From Fidelibacterota bacterium (GTDB taxonomy: Bacteria; Fidelibacterota; Marinisomatia; Marinisomatales; Marinisomataceae), in contig JABHGE010000021.1 of assembly GCA_018672235.1 (NCBI GenBank), forward strand, positions 9,118 through 73,117: a stretch of 64,000 nucleotides of DNA. Direction: 5' to 3'. How positions within the stretch are numbered: position 1 is the stretch's first letter; every line of letters begins with the position of its first letter. Made by a program: the position numbers and the translations under genes. Below are positions 39,864 through 48,522 of the stretch, piece by piece. The notes beneath the pieces were generated by a model. The model searched no databases and was not told the origin of the DNA. It saw only the letters and a program-made list of their open reading frames with translations.

Positions 39864-40568
39864 ATGTATGAATGGATTACATTTTTAGAAACAACCCTGA
39901 ATAATAATTTTACATTTTCGGTCATTTTTGTATTAGGGATGTTTCATGCGCTAGAGCCAGGTCATGGAAAGACTTTAATTCTGGCTTATATGTCGGGAGG
40001 GTCAATGCGTTTTTTTGGTGCAGCACAATTAATATCTGGACTGATTTTCATACATTTTTTATTATTTTCTTTCTTAGCCTTCTTACTTAGAGCAGGAAAT
40101 GATACATTCCCTATATTGTCTACTATTGGACCCTCTTTTATTATTTGTTTAGGACTATATTTATTATATAGGGCACTAAAAGAAGTTCGACATGAACATG
40201 ATAATAATTGCGATGAACCAATACACTTTCATTTTAATGAATCTAAATTTTCAAGTCCATTTGTCACTGGAATGGTTGCCGGGTTAATTCCATGTCCATC
40301 TGCTATTGCTGTACTCTTGATTGCTTCAACTAAGTTTAGCAATGATAACGTAACGCTTTATTCTAGTATTATGATTTATGTTCTAGGAATTGCTTTAACG
40401 TTGGTAGGAATTATGGTACTTTTTTTAATGTTTAAAGAAAGGTTTCGCGATCGTTTAAACTCAGTTAATCAAAATTTTAATACCAATCTAATAGCCGCTT
40501 CTTTAATTATCTTAATTGGAATATTGTATCTTGTATTAAGCTTATTCGGTGCAGGGCATCAACATTAA
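39864..40568 (+). CDS. NicO/RcnA-type nickel/cobalt transporter
   Basis: 234 aa, multi-TM. HALEPGHGKT signature. His-rich loop HEHDNNCDEPIHFH. Confidence 0.6.
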   Translation: MYEWITFLETTLNNNFTFSVIFVLGMFHALEPGHGKTLILAYMSGGSMRFFGAAQLISGLIFIHFLLFSFLAFLLRAGNDTFPILSTIGPSFIICLGLYLLYRALKEVRHEHDNNCDEPIHFHFNESKFSSPFVTGMVAGLIPCPSAIAVLLIASTKFSNDNVTLYSSIMIYVLGIALTLVGIMVLFLMFKERFRDRLNSVNQNFNTNLIAASLIILIGILYLVLSLFGAGHQH

Positions 40569-41080
40569 TTGTGTAAAATTTTTACAAACTGCTCTCTTTT
40601 ATAACCAAAACTAGTTAGTTCTGTTAAGATAGTTTGATATAATGTTTCATCCATCACAGTATCTCTACACATAATCCAACCCATTTTATTCCCAGGATAA
40701 CCTACTGCCATATAGTTATAATTATCATCTATTAGAATAATCTTAAACGGAAATTTTAAAAAAGGGATATAGGGTTTCTTCATTTGTATGGACCATTCTG
40801 CGTTAGTTTTCTTATTAACGATAGTCCCTTTTTGTTTAATTTGCTTTTTTGTACCATCTTTGATTGCATCGTAGGTAATATCAATTGTTCCATCAGTATT
40901 GACCTCATAAATATCCGATGCATTGCTAGCACCATTTTCTATCATATTAGGTACAATTGCTGTGACAAACCATTTTCCTGAAAAACGTTCCATGTCCACG
41001 TATTCTACAGTCTTCATTTGATCCCCTTCTTGTGCATGTAGGCTGCTGATATACATCAGCATGATTACTAAAACTCTCAT
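40565..41080 (-). CDS. Bacterial lipocalin (Blc-like)
   Basis: 171 aa. Signal peptide. FSGKWFVTAI lipocalin motif 1. YMAVGYPG...WIMCR. Confidence 0.7.
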   Translation of the reverse strand: MRVLVIMLMYISSLHAQEGDQMKTVEYVDMERFSGKWFVTAIVPNMIENGASNASDIYEVNTDGTIDITYDAIKDGTKKQIKQKGTIVNKKTNAEWSIQMKKPYIPFLKFPFKIILIDDNYNYMAVGYPGNKMGWIMCRDTVMDETLYQTILTELTSFGYKREQFVKILHN

Positions 41081-41428
41081 TTAAATAACATAACCTATTT
41101 TTTTATATAATGTCGCTAGACCAAAATATAATACTACCATGATTATCACAGAAAATGTAAGGCTAATACTGAATGATATATTTTTCTTTAAAAAGTATGG
41201 CAGAGTAAGAAAAAACGATAAAGAGGGTATAATCATTGAAAAGACACTATAAGAAAAAGATATAATTCTTTCTATGTCACGGGTTTCAATATAAATCCAA
41301 ATGATAGATAGTAGTGAGATAAGCGGTAGAGACACAATGATGGCACCTACAAGAGTATCTCTTTTTGCAATTTCAGATGCAATAAAGATAATAAGAGCTG
41401 AAACGATGATTTTAGTTGCATTAAACAT
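41081..41428 (-). CDS. Small integral membrane protein (DUF3147-like)
   Basis: About 115 aa from the internal ATG 41428 (the longer ORF would overlap the zupT start). Four predicted TM helices. Confidence 0.45.
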   Translation of the reverse strand: MFNATKIIVSALIIFIASEIAKRDTLVGAIIVSLPLISLLSIIWIYIETRDIERIISFSYSVFSMIIPSLSFFLTLPYFLKKNISFSISLTFSVIIMVVLYFGLATLYKKIGYVI

Positions 41429-41481
41429 ATATTTTTTAAAAGATTGTGTATAATAATCTAAAGAAAAAAAGTAAGGAATAC

Positions 41482-42276
41482 ATGGACTTAACAAATATTT
41501 ATATTGGATTTGCTTTAGCAACTTTTGCTGGACTTAGTACTGGTATTGGAAGTCTACTAGGATTATACTCAAAGTTTGAGAATAAGAGATTGCTATCATT
41601 AGCGCTTGGATTTTCAGCGGGGGTAATGATTTATGTTTCATTTATGGAGCTATTACTACTCTCTTTTGAGTCACTCTCAGGCATATATGGAAATACTTAT
41701 GGCCAATTAATTGGCGTGACGTCCTTTATTTCAGGTCTATTGGTTATGTTATTCATTGATCAGTTATTTGATCATCATTCAATTGCAGATTTTATATCAC
41801 GATCATCAAACAAAGATGAAACATTGCTAGTACGCACAGGAGTTTTTTCTGCAATCGCTTTAGCCATTCATAATTTTCCGGAAGGATTTGCAACATTTAC
41901 AGCAGCTGTCTATGATCCGACCGTTGGAGTAACCCTTGCGATAGCTATTGCAATCCATAATATTCCTGAAGGATTAGCAGTATCAGTACCTATTTATTAT
42001 GCTACAAAAAATAAGAGTAAAGCATTTTGGATATCGTTTGCTTCTGGGCTTGCTGAGCCATTAGGTGCAGTCATTGGATTTTTGATTTTCCGCACAGTAT
42101 ACAATGAAGCATTGTTTGGAATATCTTTTGCTCTATGTGCAGGTATTATGATTTATGTATCTTTAAATGAGTTGCTACCTGTTGCAAAAGAGTACGGGAA
42201 ACCTAGCGATCCTATTATGGGAGTAACTGCTGGAATTATTGTAATGTCAATTAGTCTAATACTAATGTATGCCTAG
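41482..42276 (+). CDS. zupT: ZIP-family zinc transporter ZupT
   Basis: About 264 aa from ATG 41482. HNFPEGFA and HNIPEGLAV motifs. Confidence 0.85.
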   Translation: MDLTNIYIGFALATFAGLSTGIGSLLGLYSKFENKRLLSLALGFSAGVMIYVSFMELLLLSFESLSGIYGNTYGQLIGVTSFISGLLVMLFIDQLFDHHSIADFISRSSNKDETLLVRTGVFSAIALAIHNFPEGFATFTAAVYDPTVGVTLAIAIAIHNIPEGLAVSVPIYYATKNKSKAFWISFASGLAEPLGAVIGFLIFRTVYNEALFGISFALCAGIMIYVSLNELLPVAKEYGKPSDPIMGVTAGIIVMSISLILMYA

Positions 42277-42286
42277 TTTACTGTCT

Positions 42287-42883
42287 TTATAGTAAATCAG
42301 TAATTTCTTTAGAAAGCGGCTTTACTTTTGAATCAAAAAAAGCTATTAATTCTCCGTTCTCATCCACCAAATACTTACAGAAATTCCATGTAGGTTTTTG
42401 ATCGTTCCATCCATTAAGCTCTGAATCACTAAGCCAAGTATAAACGGAGCTTTGCTTCCTACCTTTAGTTGTAATTTTTTCAAACATTTGAAATGTGACA
42501 CCAAAAACAGTTTCACAAAATTCTGCTATAGACTCATTACTTCCTGGCTCTTGAAAGAGAAAATCATTTGCAGGAAATCCTAAAACAACCACTTTATCTC
42601 CATATAAATCATTCAGCTTTTGCATGCCTTCATATTGATAAGTGTAGCCACATTTTGTTGCAACATTCACAATCAAGACTTTCTTTCCTTTGTATTGTTC
42701 AAAAGAAATTTCCTCTTGATCCATGGATATGGCCTTTAGATCATAAAAACTTGCCGTAGACATAGATTTTTCAGAGCTTTTTTTTGTTATTCTCTTATAA
42801 GAGAACCCACTTAATAGAATCATGAAAGAGAATCCTATCAGCGTTATTATCATATAATGGTATGGAAGAAATATTTTTATCAT
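42287..42883 (-). CDS. Membrane-anchored glutathione peroxidase (Cys-type)
   Basis: ATG 42883 is preceded by AGGA. N-terminal TM helix, then VNVATKCGYT, LGFPANDF, WNFCKYLV. Confidence 0.85.
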   Translation of the reverse strand: MIKIFLPYHYMIITLIGFSFMILLSGFSYKRITKKSSEKSMSTASFYDLKAISMDQEEISFEQYKGKKVLIVNVATKCGYTYQYEGMQKLNDLYGDKVVVLGFPANDFLFQEPGSNESIAEFCETVFGVTFQMFEKITTKGRKQSSVYTWLSDSELNGWNDQKPTWNFCKYLVDENGELIAFFDSKVKPLSKEITDLL

Positions 42884-43059
42884 AATTATCCTTAAATGTT
42901 TAGATATTCTAATATGTATTTTATACAAAAAAAAGAACTATCTGAAACAGCAATTTGGATAGGAGATCATTTTGAAGAGATATTTGTTTGGTTTTGTGTA
43001 TTGTGTCTTTTTTTATCTTTTTTATTTATAGCTAAGCTATATTTCAACCGATATCGCAC

Positions 43060-43881
43060 ATGAAAATTTTATTAACAACTATTATTCTATTCAACCTTTT
43101 TTCTTGCCAAGAAAAAACTCCTATTCCCATAGAAAAAGAAGTTCAGGAGAAAATTGTTGCTGAAAAAAAATCAAATTCAAAAGAAGATTTATCTATATCT
43201 AATGGAATTGTTTTCAAGGATGCTCAGGGGAATATATTGTCTGAGTCACAAAAAGATAGTATAGTTGAAAATACAACGGTACAAGCGCTTAGACGTTTTG
43301 ATGATGAATTAAATAATACGGAGTATATATTATTTGAAAATTATGAGGATTTACGTGGATTTGTAGCAGATGATGTGATTGACAATCTTATCGAAGAATC
43401 AACGCTCATGAAGGCCGGTGGTAGAGGTGCTGTTATTACTAAAAGAGTAGTAGACCAGTGGAAAGATCAAAAACTACCCGATGGAGTCTTTACTATGTTA
43501 GACGGTTCAACAAAAACTTTTAAGGATTTTGAAGGCGAATTATTGGTAATCAATTTTTGGTATATCAACTGCGGTCCCTGTATTGCAGAAATGCCATATT
43601 TAAATGATTTAGTCGAAACCTACAAAGATGAAAAAATAAAGTTCTTAGCATTAAGCTTTGATAGTATTCCAGATATTACCAATTTTTTAAAAAGAACAGA
43701 TTTTACATATATGCAAGCAGGTATCGATCGAGCATTTATGTATGATTTTACACCAGTCTCTCCAGCGCATTTTATCGTCGATAAGGGGGGTATTGTTCGT
43801 GATATATTAATTGGAGCACCTAGAAATACTTCAGAGATTTACAATCGCCTAGTTTCAGTTATCGAAAAAAATAAAAAATAA
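43060..43881 (+). CDS. TlpA-like thiol:disulfide oxidoreductase lipoprotein
   Basis: 273 aa. Lipobox LFSC. Thioredoxin motif WYINCGPC in the C-terminal domain. Confidence 0.75.
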   Translation: MKILLTTIILFNLFSCQEKTPIPIEKEVQEKIVAEKKSNSKEDLSISNGIVFKDAQGNILSESQKDSIVENTTVQALRRFDDELNNTEYILFENYEDLRGFVADDVIDNLIEESTLMKAGGRGAVITKRVVDQWKDQKLPDGVFTMLDGSTKTFKDFEGELLVINFWYINCGPCIAEMPYLNDLVETYKDEKIKFLALSFDSIPDITNFLKRTDFTYMQAGIDRAFMYDFTPVSPAHFIVDKGGIVRDILIGAPRNTSEIYNRLVSVIEKNKK

Positions 43882-43917
43882 ATTCTTAATCACTCATTCA
43901 TGTAGTAATTTTATAGC

Positions 43918-44718
43918 ATGAAGAGAATTCTTATTATCTTATTACTCATTTTTCCAACATTGTTACTGTCACAAACACATTTAGTAATACCTGGAAAAAC
44001 ATCTACAACAGTATCCTTTGGACGTGATCAAAATATAGATTTTTTTGGAGAAGGAAAGTTTGTTAGAAGTAGTTATGGAAATAAAATTAATGTTGGATAT
44101 GTATACAAAGGTCTAGTCGGTTTAGACTTTTCATATGGATATTCGTATTTTGATCGTAAAGACACTTACACCTTTGACTTAACAGGAGAGCAATCAAATC
44201 CAGATGGCGATCCTAAATTTAATTTTACTGAATCTTTCAGAAGCGATAATCCTAATGTTGGCGATAAGAGCTTTTCTCTTGGAGCTACCTATTACTTTGA
44301 TCCCGCTGAATTTCAGCAGTTAAAAGTTGTAACTTTATCTTTAGGATTGAGATATAGCAGCTCAAACTTTAGTAGTTCTGTGCTCGATAGTCTAGATCAA
44401 GACTTCTACGGAAAATCTTATGCAATTGAGTTTGGTGTAAGTAAAGAATTCATGACTGATGCGAATTTTGTGATAATCCCAAGACTAAATATTAATATGA
44501 TTAATGAAAAAAATATCTATGACTCTTTATTAGAAGAAGACGGTACAACATCTTTTAACAGCTCTACTGTGTATACAGAATTAGCAGTACCATTTATTTT
44601 TGAACCTGGAGTTATTACAAATCAAAACTCAATTACAGAATTCTTTGTTGAACCAAGTATAGCCAACAAATATGGCACTACACATATTGGGATTAAGTTT
44701 GGTTTTCTATTTAACTAG
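43918..44718 (+). CDS. Putative outer-membrane beta-barrel protein
   Basis: 266 aa. Signal peptide. Alternating aromatic/hydrophilic strands. C-terminal GIKFGFLFN. Confidence 0.4.
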   Translation: MKRILIILLLIFPTLLLSQTHLVIPGKTSTTVSFGRDQNIDFFGEGKFVRSSYGNKINVGYVYKGLVGLDFSYGYSYFDRKDTYTFDLTGEQSNPDGDPKFNFTESFRSDNPNVGDKSFSLGATYYFDPAEFQQLKVVTLSLGLRYSSSNFSSSVLDSLDQDFYGKSYAIEFGVSKEFMTDANFVIIPRLNINMINEKNIYDSLLEEDGTTSFNSSTVYTELAVPFIFEPGVITNQNSITEFFVEPSIANKYGTTHIGIKFGFLFN

Positions 44719-44732
44719 TCTTTAAGGTTGCT

Positions 44733-45821
44733 TTGACGACTCAATTTAATATTCATAAAGATATATCTAAAGCTGAAACACTTCCATCATCTTTTTACAA
44801 AAGCCAAGATGTCTTTGATCAAGTAAGAGAAAATATTTTTTTAAAATCATGGCAATGGCTTGGAGATAATTCTTCTCTAAAATTAACAAATTCGATTCAA
44901 CCCCTTACTTTGTTAGATGGATTTTTAACAGAGCCTATACTTCTTACAAGGGATAAAGAGGGTAGTATCAATTGTATGACAAATGTTTGCACTCATAGAG
45001 GGCATATTTTAGCCCTAGGTCCTGGCAAATCAAAAAATATTACATGCGCATATCATGGGAGGTCGTTTGATTTAAATGGAAATTTTAAATCAATGCCAGA
45101 GTTTAAAGAAGCAAAAGACTTTCCACGAGAATGTGATAATTTATATAAGTTTCCTCTAGGAGAGTGGGGCCCATTTCTATTTGCGGGTCTAAATCCTTCT
45201 TTTGATTTTAAAGAAGTACTTGCTCCAATCAATGAAAGAATTGGATTCTTACCGTTAGAGCAATTTTCGTTTGATGCTAGTATGTCTAAGGACTATTTAA
45301 TACAAGCGCACTGGGCATTATATTGCGATAATTACCTAGAAGGCTTTCATATTCCTTTTGTTCATGAAGGATTAAATAAAGTATTAGACTATGGCAACTA
45401 TACTACTGAATTACATAAATATTCTAGTTTACAAGTTGGATACTCAGATAAATCAAATGAAACATTCAACCTACCAAAAGACCATATTGACTATGGAAAG
45501 CAAGTAGCTGCATATTACTACTGGGTTTTCCCAAATATGATGTTCAATTTTTATCCATGGGGATTATCGGTAAATATTGTCAAGCCAATTAGTACCAATC
45601 GTACAAAAGTTTCTTTTCTTACTTACGTATATGATCCTAGTAAACTTCATAAGGGAGCCGGGAATGATATTGATAAAGTTGAAAGGGAAGATGAATTTAT
45701 TGTAGAGAATGAAAGTAAAGGTATTCAGTCTTCATTCTATCAATCTGGAAGATTTTCTCCCACTAGAGAAAAAGGCGTCCATCATTTCCAAAGACTAATT
45801 GCTCAATTTTTAGATAAATAA
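44733..45821 (+). CDS. Rieske [2Fe-2S] non-heme iron oxygenase alpha subunit
   Basis: 362 aa, TTG start. Rieske CTHRGH-x17-CAYHG. Catalytic region NYLEGFHIPFVH. Confidence 0.8.
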   Translation: MTTQFNIHKDISKAETLPSSFYKSQDVFDQVRENIFLKSWQWLGDNSSLKLTNSIQPLTLLDGFLTEPILLTRDKEGSINCMTNVCTHRGHILALGPGKSKNITCAYHGRSFDLNGNFKSMPEFKEAKDFPRECDNLYKFPLGEWGPFLFAGLNPSFDFKEVLAPINERIGFLPLEQFSFDASMSKDYLIQAHWALYCDNYLEGFHIPFVHEGLNKVLDYGNYTTELHKYSSLQVGYSDKSNETFNLPKDHIDYGKQVAAYYYWVFPNMMFNFYPWGLSVNIVKPISTNRTKVSFLTYVYDPSKLHKGAGNDIDKVEREDEFIVENESKGIQSSFYQSGRFSPTREKGVHHFQRLIAQFLDK

Positions 45822-45989
45822 TCTAAAGTTATAATTTTTTGATTGATTAAAAAGATAAAGGGCGAGAGATGAATGTTCAGAGTTTGAAGGTACAAATAAT
45901 GTAATATCTAACGTTTTGAACTAATCAAGGATTTCCCCCGCCCTAACTAACTTTCATATTGACATAAAGAATATAGTATACTTTTATTT

Positions 45990-46035
45990 AAAAAAACAAC
46001 AAAAACCGACTGGTCGGTTTATTAATTGTTTTAAT
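45990..46035. terminator. Bidirectional hairpin terminator (clearest for the minus-strand tRNA-Glu/grxD transcript)
   Basis: Palindrome AAACCGAC-TG-GTCGGTTT (46003-46020), flanked by an A-run upstream and T-rich sequence downstream. On the minus strand it is followed by TTGTTGTTTTTTT. Confidence 0.6.
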
Positions 46036-46073
46036 GACTACAATTAGCAATTATAAAGGGAGATAAAAAGGTG

Positions 46074-46145
46074 TAGCCCGTAGGAGGATCGAACTCCTAT
46101 TGCATGGATGAAAACCATGAGTCCTAACCATTAGACGAACGGGCC
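46074..46145 (-). tRNA. tRNA-Glu (anticodon TTC)
   Basis: Reverse complement folds as a cloverleaf. Acceptor ggcccgt/acgggct, anticodon stem catgg/ccatg, loop ttTTCat, T-arm aggag-ttcgatc-ctcct. Confidence 0.9.
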
Positions 46146-46158
46146 AAAAACGTAGCAA

Positions 46159-46187
46159 AATATAGAGCTAAGATATTATTTTTACAA
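46159..46187 (-). promoter_or_regulatory. Sigma70-type promoter for tRNA-Glu
   Basis: Minus strand reads TTGTAA, 17 nt, TATATT. It ends 13 nt before the tRNA 5-prime end. Confidence 0.5.
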
Positions 46188-46200
46188 TAGCCTTTCTTTA

Positions 46201-46512
46201 TTAGGCATTTACATCTAAAGCATCTAATAGCTGACCATTCTCATGCATATCTACTGCAATGTCACAACCGCCAAGCAATTTACCCTTAACAAATAATTGA
46301 GGGAATGTAGGCCATCCTGATAGTTCTGATAATGCTACTTTCATATCTGGATTTTCCAAGATATTTACATCCTGAAATTCAACTCCATAATGATTAAGCA
46401 AATTCACAACAGTTTTGGAAAAACCACACTGAGGCATGTCTTTAGTTCCTTTTAAAAATAAGACAATTGCGTTTTCAGCTATAATTTTTTTGAATTCTTC
46501 TTTAAAGTTCAT
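46201..46512 (-). CDS. grxD: Monothiol glutaredoxin (Grx4 family)
   Basis: 103 aa. CGFS active site. WPTFPQLFVKGKLLGGCD. Confidence 0.9.
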   Translation of the reverse strand: MNFKEEFKKIIAENAIVLFLKGTKDMPQCGFSKTVVNLLNHYGVEFQDVNILENPDMKVALSELSGWPTFPQLFVKGKLLGGCDIAVDMHENGQLLDALDVNA

Positions 46513-46560
46513 AGTTTAATTTATTAATTAAATTTTAAAATTAAAGAGGTAAAAAATAAA

Positions 46561-47331
46561 ATGAGAATATTCTCTTGGAATGTTAATGGTGTAAGAGCAA
46601 TCGAGAAAAAAGGAATGTTAGATTGGGTAGATGCTACCTCTCCTGATATCCTATGTATTCAAGAAACAAAAGCTCATTTTGAACAATTACCTGATAGCCT
46701 ACAGAATATAGAAGGATATCATGGATATTGGCATTCTGGAGAAAAAAAAGGATATAGTGGCGTAGCTACTTTTTCAAAACAAGAACCTTTACATGTTCAA
46801 TATGGTCTTGGTATTGAAAAGTATGATAGAGAAGGAAGAGTCTTAATTACAGAGTTTGAAGATTTTTTATTGTACAATATTTATTTTCCAAATGGACAAA
46901 AAGACGAGCATCGCTTACAATATAAATTAGATTTTTATGATGACTTGTTAGAAATTTTAAATGAACAGGTAGCTTCTGGAGTAAATGTCCTGGTGGGCGG
47001 AGATTGGAATACAGCTCATCAAGCCATTGATTTAGCTAACCCAAAAGCTAATAAAAATAATTCTGGATTTATGGCAGTCGAAAGAGCTCAAATTGATACT
47101 TATATTGAAAATGGATATGTAGATACTTTTAGATTATTTCACGATGAGCCAGATCGTTACTCTTGGTGGACATATCGATTTGGTGCTCGCCAACGTAATA
47201 TTGGTTGGAGGATAGATGGATTTTTTACTAATGAAGAATTTATAGAAAGCATTACAGACGCAGAAATACATGAAGACGTGATGGGATCAGATCATTGCCC
47301 AGTATCAATTGAGTTAATTGACAATTTCTAA
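46561..47331 (+). CDS. xthA: Exodeoxyribonuclease III
   Basis: 256 aa. MRIFSWNVNGVRA, CIQETK, GGDWNTAH, SDHCPV. Confidence 0.9.
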   Translation: MRIFSWNVNGVRAIEKKGMLDWVDATSPDILCIQETKAHFEQLPDSLQNIEGYHGYWHSGEKKGYSGVATFSKQEPLHVQYGLGIEKYDREGRVLITEFEDFLLYNIYFPNGQKDEHRLQYKLDFYDDLLEILNEQVASGVNVLVGGDWNTAHQAIDLANPKANKNNSGFMAVERAQIDTYIENGYVDTFRLFHDEPDRYSWWTYRFGARQRNIGWRIDGFFTNEEFIESITDAEIHEDVMGSDHCPVSIELIDNF

Positions 47332-48063
47332 AATAGAAAAATATAGACTAGATGTATGCCCAACTCTTTCTCCGTTTAAGCTATCAGGAAATTGAAATAC
47401 AATTGAGTCTTTAATAGTATTATCGTATGGATCAAAATCATATTTTTTAAATTGGGAATCAAACTCTTTTAGATTTCTCCATTGGACGTGCTTGTTAGTA
47501 AATCCATTTTCAAATTCATTATCCAAACTGTTGATAGTTTCAGAGCAACGCTTATTAAATATTGACTCATAAGCTCTAACAAAGAAAGGAACCTTTTCAC
47601 GTTCATAGTATACGGGAGTAGCCACGGTATTGAACGTAATTTTATCATTATAAGCAAAGGACTGATTGGTGAACATTACGACACTGCCACCCATGCTATG
47701 GCCAATAACTTGCCAATCATCAACCTCTGGATGCTGTGTGATTAAATTTTGTAATTCAACTGAAAATTCTTGAGATACTTTGCTGGGGCAATCATTCCAG
47801 TCATATTTATAGAAAAATGTTGATATATCTTCTTTAATTAAAAAATTAAATGGCTGTACCCATTCATGATGAATTTGAACCCAATAGATTGGATAGAATC
47901 CATGTACCCCTACTATTGCTTTAGTCCGATCATTTTCATGAATAATATTCATCCCATTAGGAATCTTTTTAAGATCTTTATATGAATCAAATTTATCTTG
48001 AGCAGTAGATGTGCTAAAGAATAAAGATAAAATAATTAGAATAATTAGTCTTTGATTTCTCAT
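47314..48063 (-). CDS. Secreted alpha/beta hydrolase (lipase/esterase-like)
   Basis: 249 aa. Signal peptide. Nucleophile elbow GHSMGG. Confidence 0.55.
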   Translation of the reverse strand: MRNQRLIILIILSLFFSTSTAQDKFDSYKDLKKIPNGMNIIHENDRTKAIVGVHGFYPIYWVQIHHEWVQPFNFLIKEDISTFFYKYDWNDCPSKVSQEFSVELQNLITQHPEVDDWQVIGHSMGGSVVMFTNQSFAYNDKITFNTVATPVYYEREKVPFFVRAYESIFNKRCSETINSLDNEFENGFTNKHVQWRNLKEFDSQFKKYDFDPYDNTIKDSIVFQFPDSLNGERVGHTSSLYFSILEIVN

Positions 48064-48086
48064 TGTATAATATTGAAATTGCTAAA

Positions 48087-48512
48087 ATGAGCGCTAAGAT
48101 ACAATTAGTAAAAACAGAAGCAGATTATAGCATTGTTCTTGATATTAGAAGAACTGTATTTATCGAGGAGCAAAATGTTCCAGAAAGCTTAGAAATTGAG
48201 AATGAAGATGAATCATTCCACGTACTGGCTTTGAAAAATAATTTTCCAGTCGGAACTGGAAGATGGAGAAAAACTGATAAAGGATATAAGCTAGAACGCT
48301 TTGCAGTATTAAAAGAATTCAGAAGTAAGGGTTTTGGTAGAGAGATTGTAAAGTTTGTTTTATCTCAGATTCCACCTGACACTATGATATATTTACATGC
48401 ACAAGAAAGTGTTATAAAATTTTATAAAGATTTAGGATTTACAATTATTGGCAGTACATTTATTGAAGCTGACATAGTGCATGCAAAAATGGTTTATAAA
48501 ACAGTATTATAG
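48087..48512 (+). CDS. GNAT family N-acetyltransferase
   Basis: ATG 48087 (the track start 48063 is TTG). Acetyl-CoA loop FRSKGFGREIV. Confidence 0.7.
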   Translation: MSAKIQLVKTEADYSIVLDIRRTVFIEEQNVPESLEIENEDESFHVLALKNNFPVGTGRWRKTDKGYKLERFAVLKEFRSKGFGREIVKFVLSQIPPDTMIYLHAQESVIKFYKDLGFTIIGSTFIEADIVHAKMVYKTVL

Positions 48513-48522
48513 TGTATAAAAA

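Noticed and set aside
42287-42883. Possible selenocysteine (TGA) recoding in the glutathione peroxidase
   Set aside because: The active site is encoded as Cys (KCGYT) with no in-frame TGA, and no SECIS-like requirement arises.
46003-46020. AAACCGAC-TG-GTCGGTTT palindrome as a TetR/FadR-type operator
   Set aside because: Its position 54 nt past the tRNA-Glu 3-prime end, together with a flanking A-run and T-run, fits a bidirectional intrinsic terminator better. The 12-nt identity with 12753-12764 is reported as a finding rather than as an operator call.
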